Program-made: the position numbers and the translations under genes
In this document: positions 40,352 through 48,850 of the stretch, in pieces
How the letters are laid out: every line of letters begins with the position of its first letter
How positions within the stretch are numbered: the stretch's first letter is position 1
Notes under the pieces: generated by a model
Told to the model about the DNA's origin: nothing
Seen by the model: the letters and a program-made list of their open reading frames with translations, nothing else
Databases searched by the model: none
Assembly (NCBI GenBank): GCA_965140705.1
Contig: OZ223300.1
Span: 1,216,001 to 1,280,000, forward strand
DNA from: an uncultured Arcobacter sp.
GTDB taxonomy: Bacteria; Campylobacterota; Campylobacteria; Campylobacterales; Arcobacteraceae
Reading direction: 5' to 3'
DNA: 64,000 bases

Positions 40352-40383
40352 CTCACTAGATTCACACTTTAAAATAATAGAAT
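40352..40383 (+). promoter_or_regulatory. Class A box plus -10 of pxpABC
   Basis: CTCACTA-N4-CACACTT-N8-TAGAAT. Confidence 0.6.
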
Positions 40384-40415
40384 TTATTTAAATATTTTAA
40401 AAAGTTAGGATTGAT

Positions 40416-41153
40416 ATGAGTATAAAATTAAATTGTGATATGGGTGAGAGTTTTGGTATTTGGAAGATGGGATTAGATGAAGAGATTATGCCATATATCA
40501 ATATGGCAAATCTTGCTTGTGGATTTCATGCAAGTGATGCTCTTACTATGAATAAATCAGTTGCTTTAGCTAAAAAGTATCATGTAACAGTTGGTGCACA
40601 TCCTGGATATCAAGATTTAGTTGGATTTGGTAGAAGAAGTATACCTTGTACTGATGAAGAGATAATCTCAATTGTTTTATATCAAATTGGGGCATTAAGT
40701 GTTTTTTGTAAAGTACATGATACTTATGTCTCTTATGTAAAACCCCATGGTGGACTCTATCATGATATGATGAATAAAGAGAATGTATTTAGAGCAATTT
40801 TAAGTGCTATTTCTTCTTATGATAAGAATATAAATCTAATGATATTATCAAGTCCAAAAAATGAAGAGTATGCAAAAATTGCAAAGAGTTATAATATTGC
40901 TTTATTATATGAAGTATTTGCAGATAGAAATTATAATGATGATGGAAGTTTAGTTTCAAGAAGTGAAAAAAATGCTGTAATTCATGATGAAAAAGAAGTT
41001 ATAGCAAGAGTTAAAAATTTAAAAGAAAAGGGTAGTTTAAATAGTGTTAGTGGAAAAGAGTTAACTTTAGAAGTTGATGCTCTTTGTGTACATGGTGATA
41101 CTCAAAATGCTTTAGAGTTTATAAAAATACTTAGAAAGGAAATATCTGCATGA
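40416..41153 (+). CDS. pxpA: 5-oxoprolinase subunit A
   Basis: NCDMGESFG, GAHPGY, VKPHG, EVFADRNY and CVHGD motifs; operonic with pxpBC. Confidence 0.92.
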   Translation: MSIKLNCDMGESFGIWKMGLDEEIMPYINMANLACGFHASDALTMNKSVALAKKYHVTVGAHPGYQDLVGFGRRSIPCTDEEIISIVLYQIGALSVFCKVHDTYVSYVKPHGGLYHDMMNKENVFRAILSAISSYDKNINLMILSSPKNEEYAKIAKSYNIALLYEVFADRNYNDDGSLVSRSEKNAVIHDEKEVIARVKNLKEKGSLNSVSGKELTLEVDALCVHGDTQNALEFIKILRKEISA

Positions 41154-41824
41154 TATTTAAAGTAGCTTCTGTTGATTCATTAGTTATATATTTTGGAAAT
41201 GAGATAAGTGAAGAAATAGCACAAGATGTGCAAAAAGCATATCTCTCTTTGAAAAGTTTAAATATTGAAGGTTTAATAGAGATTATTCCTTCATATACTA
41301 CTATTTACATAAGTTACGATATTTTCAAATATGATTATTCATCTTTAGTAGAATTATTAAAACAAAGTATAAACTTAGAGTATGAAGATAATAGTTCAAA
41401 GAACATAATAAATATAGATGTATATTATGGGCAAGAGGTTGGTTTAGACTTAAGTGATATGAGTATAAAAACAAATCTTCCAATCGAAAAGATTATAGAG
41501 ATACATTCACAAAAACTTTATGATGTATATGCCATAGGTTTTGCTCCTGGTTTTGGATTTTTAGCTAGTGTGGATAAACAAATAGCAGTTCCAAGATTAT
41601 CAAGCCCAAGAAAAAGTGTACCTAAAGGCTCAGTAGCTATTGCAGATAGACAAACAGCAGTTTATCCTCAAAGTTCACCTGGTGGGTGGAATATTATAGG
41701 ACGAACAGCAATGGAGCTATTTGATAAGAGTTTAGAAAAACTTTCACCTTTAAGTGTTGGGGATAAGGTTAAATTTAATGCAATTAGTAAAGAAGAGTTT
41801 TTAGCTCAAGGTGGAATTATATGA
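41150..41824 (+). CDS. pxpB: 5-oxoprolinase subunit B
   Basis: IPSYTT, GFAPGF, PRKSVPKGSVAIA..QTAVYP..SPGGWNIIGRT. Confidence 0.92.
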   Translation: MIFKVASVDSLVIYFGNEISEEIAQDVQKAYLSLKSLNIEGLIEIIPSYTTIYISYDIFKYDYSSLVELLKQSINLEYEDNSSKNIINIDVYYGQEVGLDLSDMSIKTNLPIEKIIEIHSQKLYDVYAIGFAPGFGFLASVDKQIAVPRLSSPRKSVPKGSVAIADRQTAVYPQSSPGGWNIIGRTAMELFDKSLEKLSPLSVGDKVKFNAISKEEFLAQGGII

Positions 41825-42732
41825 GTTTAGAAATAATAAATAAACCAATCCTTGTTACAATTCAAGATATGGGAAGATTCTCTTACTCTAATATTGGAGT
41901 TTCAAATTCAGGGGTTATGGATGAGTATGCTTATTTATATGTAAATAAAATCCTTGGAAATGATTTTGGTACAAATGCCCTAGAAATATCTTTTTCAAAT
42001 GTTCAGTTTAAAGTAAATGCCTCAACACAAATCGCACTTACAGGTGCGAAATGTGAGTTTTTTATAAATGATGTTTTAATGAATACTTGGGAAACACACA
42101 ATATAAAAAAAGGTGATATTTTAAAAGTTGGAAGAATAATAGAGGGTACGAGAGTATATCTAGCAGTAAGTGGTGGGTTTGATATAAAAAAAGAGTTTGG
42201 AAGTAATAGTACAACTATAAAAGAGAAACTTGGTGGGATAGATGGTGATAAATTAAAAAAAGGGGATATCTTACCTTTTAAAAGTTCACAACCCACATAC
42301 AAAAAAAGACTACATCAAGAATATATTCCAAAGTATAATAATGAGTTGACTCTAAGAGTAATTCTTTGTTCCCAAGAAGATAATTTTTCCAAAGAAGAGA
42401 AAGATAAATTCTTTTCAAACTCTTATACTGTAACAAATGATTTTAATAGAATGGGCTGTAAATTAAATGGTGAAGTAATAAAATCAGATATCAATGGAAT
42501 CATTTCAGAGGGCATTGCCTTTGGAGCTATTCAAATACCAAGTGATGGACAACCAATTATTTTATTAAAAGAGAGACAGACAATTGGAGGATATCCAAAG
42601 ATTGGAACTGTTTTTAGTCTAGATTGTTTTAATCTAGCCCAAGCAAAATCAAATAGCAAAATAAGATTCTCTCCCATAAGTATAGAAGAGGCACAAGAGA
42701 AGTTAAGAGCTTTTTATCACTATTTTAGATAG
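41821..42732 (+). CDS. pxpC: 5-oxoprolinase subunit C
   Basis: TIQDMGR, SGVMD, NRMG and GAIQIP.DGQPIILL..RQTIGGYPKIG motifs. Confidence 0.92.
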   Translation: MSLEIINKPILVTIQDMGRFSYSNIGVSNSGVMDEYAYLYVNKILGNDFGTNALEISFSNVQFKVNASTQIALTGAKCEFFINDVLMNTWETHNIKKGDILKVGRIIEGTRVYLAVSGGFDIKKEFGSNSTTIKEKLGGIDGDKLKKGDILPFKSSQPTYKKRLHQEYIPKYNNELTLRVILCSQEDNFSKEEKDKFFSNSYTVTNDFNRMGCKLNGEVIKSDINGIISEGIAFGAIQIPSDGQPIILLKERQTIGGYPKIGTVFSLDCFNLAQAKSNSKIRFSPISIEEAQEKLRAFYHYFR

Positions 42733-42765
42733 TATTCTCCCTATTAATAAATATAGAGGATTATT

Positions 42766-43296
42766 TTGGAAGATATAATTAGTCAGTGGGGTTATTTAGC
42801 TCTATTCTTATACTCATTTGGTGGTGGTTTTGTTGGGCTTGTGGTTGCAAGTGTTTTAGCTTATTCTGGGGATTTAAATATATATGTATGTATTATAGTT
42901 GCAGCTAGTTCAAACTTTTTAGGGGATCAGTTTCTCTTTTACATGGCAAGAACAAATAAAAACTATGCAAAAGATATAATGAAAAAGCATGGGAGAAAAG
43001 TTGCACTTGCACATTTGTGGATGAGAAAATATGGCTCACCCGTTGTATTTTTACAAAAGTATGTATATGGGATAAAAACTTTAATTCCTTTAGCTATGGG
43101 ACTTACAAAATATTCATTTAAAAAATTTACTATATTTAACTTCTTTGCTACTATTCTTTGGTCAGTAGTAGTTGGATATATCAGTTATAAACTAGGCGAA
43201 GTTGTTTTAACTTATGCAGATGATTATAAGTATTATGGAGTGGCAATAATCTTAGCTATTGTACTTACTGTTACTTACTACTTAAAGAAGATATAA
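42766..43296 (+). CDS. DedA-family membrane protein
   Basis: WGYLALFLYS, GDQFLFYMAR and KYVYGIKT motifs; TTG start after GAGGA. Confidence 0.82.
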   Translation: MEDIISQWGYLALFLYSFGGGFVGLVVASVLAYSGDLNIYVCIIVAASSNFLGDQFLFYMARTNKNYAKDIMKKHGRKVALAHLWMRKYGSPVVFLQKYVYGIKTLIPLAMGLTKYSFKKFTIFNFFATILWSVVVGYISYKLGEVVLTYADDYKYYGVAIILAIVLTVTYYLKKI

Positions 43297-44655
43297 ATGC
43301 TAGCAATAACTACACTAAATATAGATGAAAAACTAAAAGAGAATTTAAAATCATTAGGTTATGAAACTTTAACAAAAATACAAGAAGAGTCTTTACCTTT
43401 AATATTAGAGGGAAAAGATGTAATAGCAAAAGCAAAAACGGGAAGTGGAAAAACTGCTGCTTTTGGAATAGGCTTATTAAATAAATTAGATGTAAAGAAG
43501 TTCAAAACTCAATGTTTAGTTTTATGTCCTACAAGGGAGCTTGCTGACCAAGTTGCAGTTGAACTTAGAAGAATAGCTAGATATAAACATAATATTAAAA
43601 TATTAACTTTATGTGGTGGCGTTCCCTCAAGTAGACAAACACATTCATTAACTCATGGAGCTCATGTAATAGTTGGAACTCCGGGACGAGTACTTTTTCA
43701 TTTAAGAGAGCAAAACCTAAATCCAGAATCAATTGATACTCTTGTATTAGATGAAGCAGATAGAATGCTTGATATGGGATTTTTAGAAGATATAGAAAAG
43801 GTAATAAGCTTTATACCAAAACAGCGACAAACATTACTATTTTCTGCAACCTATGATGAAAATATAAAAGAGCTTTCGAAAGGTATTTTAGTAGATCCTA
43901 TTTTTAAAAGTGTAGACACAGTTCATACAGAAAGCACCATAAGAGAAGAGTTTATAAAAACTTCAAGAAAAGATAGTGTTTTATTAAAACTATTCTCAAC
44001 TTATAAACCAAGCTCAGTAATAATCTTTTGTAATACAAAAATCAAATGTGATGAACTAGATACTTATCTTTATGATATGGGATATGACCCTTTAGTTTTA
44101 CACTCTGATTTTGAACAAAAAACAAGAGATGAAATTATCACACTTTTTTCAAATAAATCATATCCAATACTAATTGCAACAGATGTAGCAAGTAGGGGAC
44201 TTGATATTGATGATGTTGAAATGGTTATAAATTATGATATGGCAAATGATACAAATGTTTATACTCATAGAATAGGAAGAACAGCAAGGGCTGGAAAAAG
44301 TGGAGTTGCTTTGACTTTATATAATGATTATGATGAAGATAAAGTTGAAGAGTTGCAAGTAAATAAAGAGCTAGTTTATGTTGATGAAGATAGTTTGATT
44401 GATGAGGTATATAAATTAACAGCAGAATTTAAAACTATTTATATAAGTGGTGGGAAAAAATTAAAACTAAGACCTGCTGATATCTTAGGGTGTTTGATTC
44501 AAGATAATGGTTTAGAAAAAGATGATATAGGTAAGATAAAAATACTTCCTATGTGCTCTTATGTGGCAATAAAAGTTGATGCTTATGAGAAAAAAATCAA
44601 AGGACAAGAGTCTTTAAAAATCAAAGGTAAATTTTTTAGAATATTTGATAGATAG
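43297..44655 (+). CDS. dbpA: DEAD-box RNA helicase DbpA
   Basis: TGSGKT, PTRELA, DEAD, SAT and HRIGRTAR motifs; C-terminal GGKK.KLRP.DILG domain. Confidence 0.9.
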   Translation: MLAITTLNIDEKLKENLKSLGYETLTKIQEESLPLILEGKDVIAKAKTGSGKTAAFGIGLLNKLDVKKFKTQCLVLCPTRELADQVAVELRRIARYKHNIKILTLCGGVPSSRQTHSLTHGAHVIVGTPGRVLFHLREQNLNPESIDTLVLDEADRMLDMGFLEDIEKVISFIPKQRQTLLFSATYDENIKELSKGILVDPIFKSVDTVHTESTIREEFIKTSRKDSVLLKLFSTYKPSSVIIFCNTKIKCDELDTYLYDMGYDPLVLHSDFEQKTRDEIITLFSNKSYPILIATDVASRGLDIDDVEMVINYDMANDTNVYTHRIGRTARAGKSGVALTLYNDYDEDKVEELQVNKELVYVDEDSLIDEVYKLTAEFKTIYISGGKKLKLRPADILGCLIQDNGLEKDDIGKIKILPMCSYVAIKVDAYEKKIKGQESLKIKGKFFRIFDR

Positions 44656-44725
44656 TTATTATTATAAAAAATAAAAGTAAAAATAGGTAATATATAATTA
44701 AATAATATATTTTTCAAGGAATTTG

Positions 44726-45694
44726 ATGAATAATTTGATTGTAAGTGGAATAAAAAGATTTTTGGAAGCTAATTCTTTTAATCAGAATATTTACGAATAT
44801 CTTGATTTTTATGACCGACTTAGAGATATAAAAGAAGTTAAGCTTATCTATGAAGAACTACAAAAATGGCTTGAAAAAACTTTTTATGTAAAATCATTAA
44901 AAATTGTAATTGACTCTTTAGATGAAAAAGATAAAGAGATTGCTTTTCAAAACTCTAGTGATGAAGTTTATGAAAATAACTCAATGCTTAAAAAATATAA
45001 AATTTTTATGAATAAAAGTTTAGCAATTAATTTTTATTTAGTTTGTGAAAATAAAAAACATCTAAAAGAAATTACATCAAATGATGAAATACTAAATGCT
45101 TTTTTTTATATGGTGGCACCTTTTATAACAAGCATTTCTTATCAAGAATTAGTACAAAAACTTACCTTCAAAGACCCATTAACAAGTGTTTATAATAGAA
45201 AGTTTTTAATTGAACATCTAAATAAACTCTTACCTTTGGCAAAAAGAGAAAATAAAAACATATCATTTTTAATGATAGGAATTGATCACTTTAAAGCAGT
45301 AATTGATGAGTTTGATTATGATATTGGTGATAAGGTTTTAATTAGTTTATCAGAAATATTAAGAAATAATATAAGGGAATCTGACATCGTTGTAAGATTA
45401 GAAGCGGATGAATTTTTGGTTACTTTAGTTGGACTTACATCACAAAGTGATGCGAAACTTGTGGCTCAAAAGTTAGTGGACGTTTTTGCAAAAAGTGAAG
45501 TAAAAGTATCTCCCTCAGGTTATACTTTGAAAAAAACTATTTGTGTGGGTATCACCCATTATGATAATCAAACAAATTCTGTTGATTATATTTTAAGAAA
45601 CGCTGATATATCCCTTTATGAAGCAAAAAATCTAGGAAGAAGTAAAATAAAAGAGTTTTTCCCAGATAATGTTGAATGTGTAGATTTATTTTAA
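44726..45694 (+). CDS. Degenerate GGDEF-domain protein
   Basis: DPLT..YNR and LYEAK..GR are present, but the active site reads EADEF; RESD I-site retained. Confidence 0.85.
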   Translation: MNNLIVSGIKRFLEANSFNQNIYEYLDFYDRLRDIKEVKLIYEELQKWLEKTFYVKSLKIVIDSLDEKDKEIAFQNSSDEVYENNSMLKKYKIFMNKSLAINFYLVCENKKHLKEITSNDEILNAFFYMVAPFITSISYQELVQKLTFKDPLTSVYNRKFLIEHLNKLLPLAKRENKNISFLMIGIDHFKAVIDEFDYDIGDKVLISLSEILRNNIRESDIVVRLEADEFLVTLVGLTSQSDAKLVAQKLVDVFAKSEVKVSPSGYTLKKTICVGITHYDNQTNSVDYILRNADISLYEAKNLGRSKIKEFFPDNVECVDLF

Positions 45695-45704
45695 AGGAGT
45701 ATTT

Positions 45705-45992
45705 ATGGCAGTAGAAGCAAGTGCAAGACATATCTTAATAGATAATGAAGATATTTGTAATCAAGTAAAAGATCAAATAATTAGTGGAGATTTAGATTTT
45801 GTAGAAGCTGCAGAACAATATTCATTATGTCCATCAGGTGATCAAGGTGGAGAATTAGGTACATTTGGAAAAGGTCAAATGGTAAAAGAGTTTGAAGATG
45901 TTGTATTTACTGCTCCTGTAGGAAAAATACAAGGTCCAGTTCAAACAGAATTTGGTTACCATCTTATAGAAGTAACTTCAAGAAACGACTAA
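45705..45992 (+). CDS. ppiC: Parvulin-type peptidyl-prolyl isomerase
   Basis: ARHIL, SLCPS..QGGELG.F..GQMV.EF and TEFGYHLI motifs. Confidence 0.93.
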   Translation: MAVEASARHILIDNEDICNQVKDQIISGDLDFVEAAEQYSLCPSGDQGGELGTFGKGQMVKEFEDVVFTAPVGKIQGPVQTEFGYHLIEVTSRND

Positions 45993-46009
45993 AATAATTT
46001 AAATAAAGG

Positions 46010-46813
46010 CTAACTTTTTATAGTTGCCTTTATTAATACTTTCAGCTCAGAAATCTCTTCTCTTAGTTTTTTTATTTCATTATTTACATGATCTTCATTT
46101 GAATGAAGTTCTTCCATTATGTGTTTCTCTTCATCTTGGTTTAGTATGGCCATCGCATCAACTATAATTGCCACAACTAAATTTATCATTACAAATGTTA
46201 CAATAAAAATAAATGGAACAAAGAAAATCCAAGCATAAGGGTAAACTTCCATGATAGGTCTTACTATTCCCATAGACCAAGACTCTAAAGTCATGATTTG
46301 AAATAGAGTATAAAATGATTCACCTAATGTTCCAAACCATTGTGGAAAGTTTTCTGAAAACAGTTGAGTAGACATAATTGCAAATATATAAAAAAATAGA
46401 CTCATAAGTGCAATAACAGATAACATACCAGGTATTACACTAATAAGTGCTGCGACTATTTTTCTCATTTGAGGGACAACAGTTATAAGTCTAAAAAGTC
46501 TTAATACTCTTAGGATTCTAAGTATTTGGAATCCAGAACTTAATGGAATCAATGAAATAGCAACTATTGTAAAATCAAATATACTCCAAGCATCTTTGAA
46601 AAAGGCTATTCTGTGAACATAAATTCTAAGTATAATTTCTATTGTAAATATTGTAATAACGATTTGATTAAAAAGTACTGCATATACTTCATAGTTTGCC
46701 ATAAACTCTTTTGAAGTCTCTAATCCCATCGTAATACCATTTAATACGATTAAATAGGTTATGAATTTTGTAAAAAATCCACCATCTACAAATGATTTTA
46801 TTTTATTAAACAT
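46010..46813 (-). CDS. Bacterial voltage-gated sodium channel (NavAb-like)
   Basis: S4 [13 protein letters not shown], filter TLESWSM, C-terminal coiled coil; 267 aa. Confidence 0.93.
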   Translation of the reverse strand: MFNKIKSFVDGGFFTKFITYLIVLNGITMGLETSKEFMANYEVYAVLFNQIVITIFTIEIILRIYVHRIAFFKDAWSIFDFTIVAISLIPLSSGFQILRILRVLRLFRLITVVPQMRKIVAALISVIPGMLSVIALMSLFFYIFAIMSTQLFSENFPQWFGTLGESFYTLFQIMTLESWSMGIVRPIMEVYPYAWIFFVPFIFIVTFVMINLVVAIIVDAMAILNQDEEKHIMEELHSNEDHVNNEIKKLREEISELKVLIKATIKS

Positions 46814-46884
46814 GACAAGTCCTATTAGGATAATTTTTCGTAATAATAACTAAAAATTCTTAAGGAATTGTCTTTATTTTTTAT

Positions 46885-48564
46885 TTAATCTTCAAAGATT
46901 TTAAACACTATATCTTTAAGCTCTTTTTTCAAAGTTAGATTCATCTCTTTTTTGTTTGTATAGATATAAAAAGGCACAGTATTTAACATAGATTTTTTTA
47001 ATCTTTTTCTAACAGTTGAAATTTCATCTATAGGGATTATTTCTTCCCCATCATATAAAGTAAACTCTTTATTTAATCCCAAAGTAAAAGAGACAATTTG
47101 GTATGTGAAAAATATATCTTCTTCTGTTGTTTCCCATTTCTTTATAAATTTATCTAGCTCTATTCTAAGTTTTTTAAATCTGTTTTTTGTAAGGTATCCA
47201 AAGCTTTCTCTAAATTTATATCTTTCAATTGTAGAAAATTCTAGTACCTTATAAAATTCATTTAAATTTTTCCAAGGGGATCTGAAAAATCTTTTTCCAA
47301 ATAGTACTTCTTCAAATGATTTTAAATACTTTTTATCATCATTTGTTTTTATATCTTTATTTTTTATTTCAAAATACTCTTTTTTAAATAATGAAATTAG
47401 CCAATTTTCATCAAGCATAGAGACAATATCTAATCGTCTCTCTTCATTCTTTTCACTTAAAAAATTCCAAAGCATGGCAATACAATTTGATGAGTTTCTT
47501 TCATAAAACATGCCATTTTTAAAATATTTTTTAGAAAGATATAAAACTACATTTTCTAAAAGTGCATCTGTTTTTGCAATACCATGATTATAGATTACTT
47601 TTTTATATAGGTTAAATCTCATTTCTAAAAGATGCTCAATATCTATTAAACCCATATCAAAGAAGCTTATTTTAAAAGTTTTCCCATCTCTTACTAATAC
47701 AGTATGTTTTGTAATTCTTAAGTTATCATTTGCTCCACCAATATATCCTGAAGCTACCATATCTCGATTTATATAATCTAATCTATCAGCATCAATAGTT
47801 CCACTAATAATTGAATGTAATACTTTAAAATCAAATTTTCCATAAACCTTCTCTTTTAAAATAAACATACAAAGCTTATGTAATAATTTAAAATAATCAA
47901 TATCTGATTGTCTATCACTATTTTTTATAAGTTCTTCTTTAAATAATAAATCAATAAAGTTTTCACCAATGGCTTCATGTAATACTTGCTTTTGGTTTGA
48001 AGTTATGTCTTCATATAGGTCTTTAAAGTTCTCTTCTTTTTGTAATAAATCAGGAGTGTTTTGTATATTTTCATATACTCTTTTTAAAGCATTTTCAACT
48101 TGATGGGAAAAAGGAAGATGTCCTACATCATGTAATAATCCTGCTAGTCTTACTGCTTGTAATGTTATGATATATGTATCATTATACATTTTTGAATTTG
48201 TAGGTATTGAAAATTGGTATAAAGCTTTATTATCAAAATAAGAATTACCTTCATCAAATGTGATATTTAAATTATCTTCTACAATTATGTCATGTATAAC
48301 TTTTTTCATACTTCTTAGAAAGATATCTCTTGTTGAAGAGTCACTATTTAAAAGTGCATTTTTAAGCATATATGAACTTACATGCATTGTTCCCAAACAG
48401 TGTATAAATCTTTTTGTTGTAATTGAAGGAAATGAAAAATAAGCTAGAGCATTTTGTGTTACAAATTGCAATCTATTTAATATCTTACTTTGTAAAATCA
48501 AATCTTCTAGTTTGGTATACTCTATATGATTATAAATAGTATCATTTATTAGTCTATTTTGTAT
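46885..48564 (-). CDS. HD-domain phosphohydrolase (YdhJ/SAMHD1-like), probable ATA start
   Basis: RFIHCLG, LLHDVGHLPFSH and DADRLDY..RD motifs; frame extends 21 codons upstream of TTG 48501. Confidence 0.85.
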   Translation of the reverse strand: MQNRLINDTIYNHIEYTKLEDLILQSKILNRLQFVTQNALAYFSFPSITTKRFIHCLGTMHVSSYMLKNALLNSDSSTRDIFLRSMKKVIHDIIVEDNLNITFDEGNSYFDNKALYQFSIPTNSKMYNDTYIITLQAVRLAGLLHDVGHLPFSHQVENALKRVYENIQNTPDLLQKEENFKDLYEDITSNQKQVLHEAIGENFIDLLFKEELIKNSDRQSDIDYFKLLHKLCMFILKEKVYGKFDFKVLHSIISGTIDADRLDYINRDMVASGYIGGANDNLRITKHTVLVRDGKTFKISFFDMGLIDIEHLLEMRFNLYKKVIYNHGIAKTDALLENVVLYLSKKYFKNGMFYERNSSNCIAMLWNFLSEKNEERRLDIVSMLDENWLISLFKKEYFEIKNKDIKTNDDKKYLKSFEEVLFGKRFFRSPWKNLNEFYKVLEFSTIERYKFRESFGYLTKNRFKKLRIELDKFIKKWETTEEDIFFTYQIVSFTLGLNKEFTLYDGEEIIPIDEISTVRKRLKKSMLNTVPFYIYTNKKEMNLTLKKELKDIVFKIFED

Positions 48565-48684
48565 GGTAGGTTCCTTTTTTAAATTAAGTTACTCTTTTCA
48601 TAATTATGACTTAATTTTATTTAATGTTACAAATTAATTTCAATTTAATTACAAATTTATAAATATAATTATAGAATACTATAT

Positions 48685-48699
48685 TAATACTTATTATCA
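48685..48699. promoter_or_regulatory. Fur-box-like site
   Basis: TAATACT-T-ATTATCA matches 12 of 14 positions of TGATAAT-N-ATTATCA, just upstream of the Cys-rich small gene. Confidence 0.5.
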
Positions 48700-48712
48700 A
48701 TTAGGATACTCA

Positions 48713-48829
48713 ATGCAAGATGTAATAATTTTTTCAATCGTTATATTAGCTTTAGCATATATTTTAAGAAAAACATTCAAAAAAAATGGTGGTTGTGGTT
48801 GTGGAGAAGAGGGTTGTTCTAAAAAATAG
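48713..48829 (+). CDS. FeoB-associated-type Cys-rich small membrane protein (38 aa)
   Basis: MQDVIIFSIVILALAYILRKTFKKNGGCGCGEEGCSKK with SD AGGA; below the ORF-track cutoff. Confidence 0.8.
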   Translation: MQDVIIFSIVILALAYILRKTFKKNGGCGCGEEGCSKK

Positions 48830-48850
48830 AACAATTCTCTTAACTTATAT

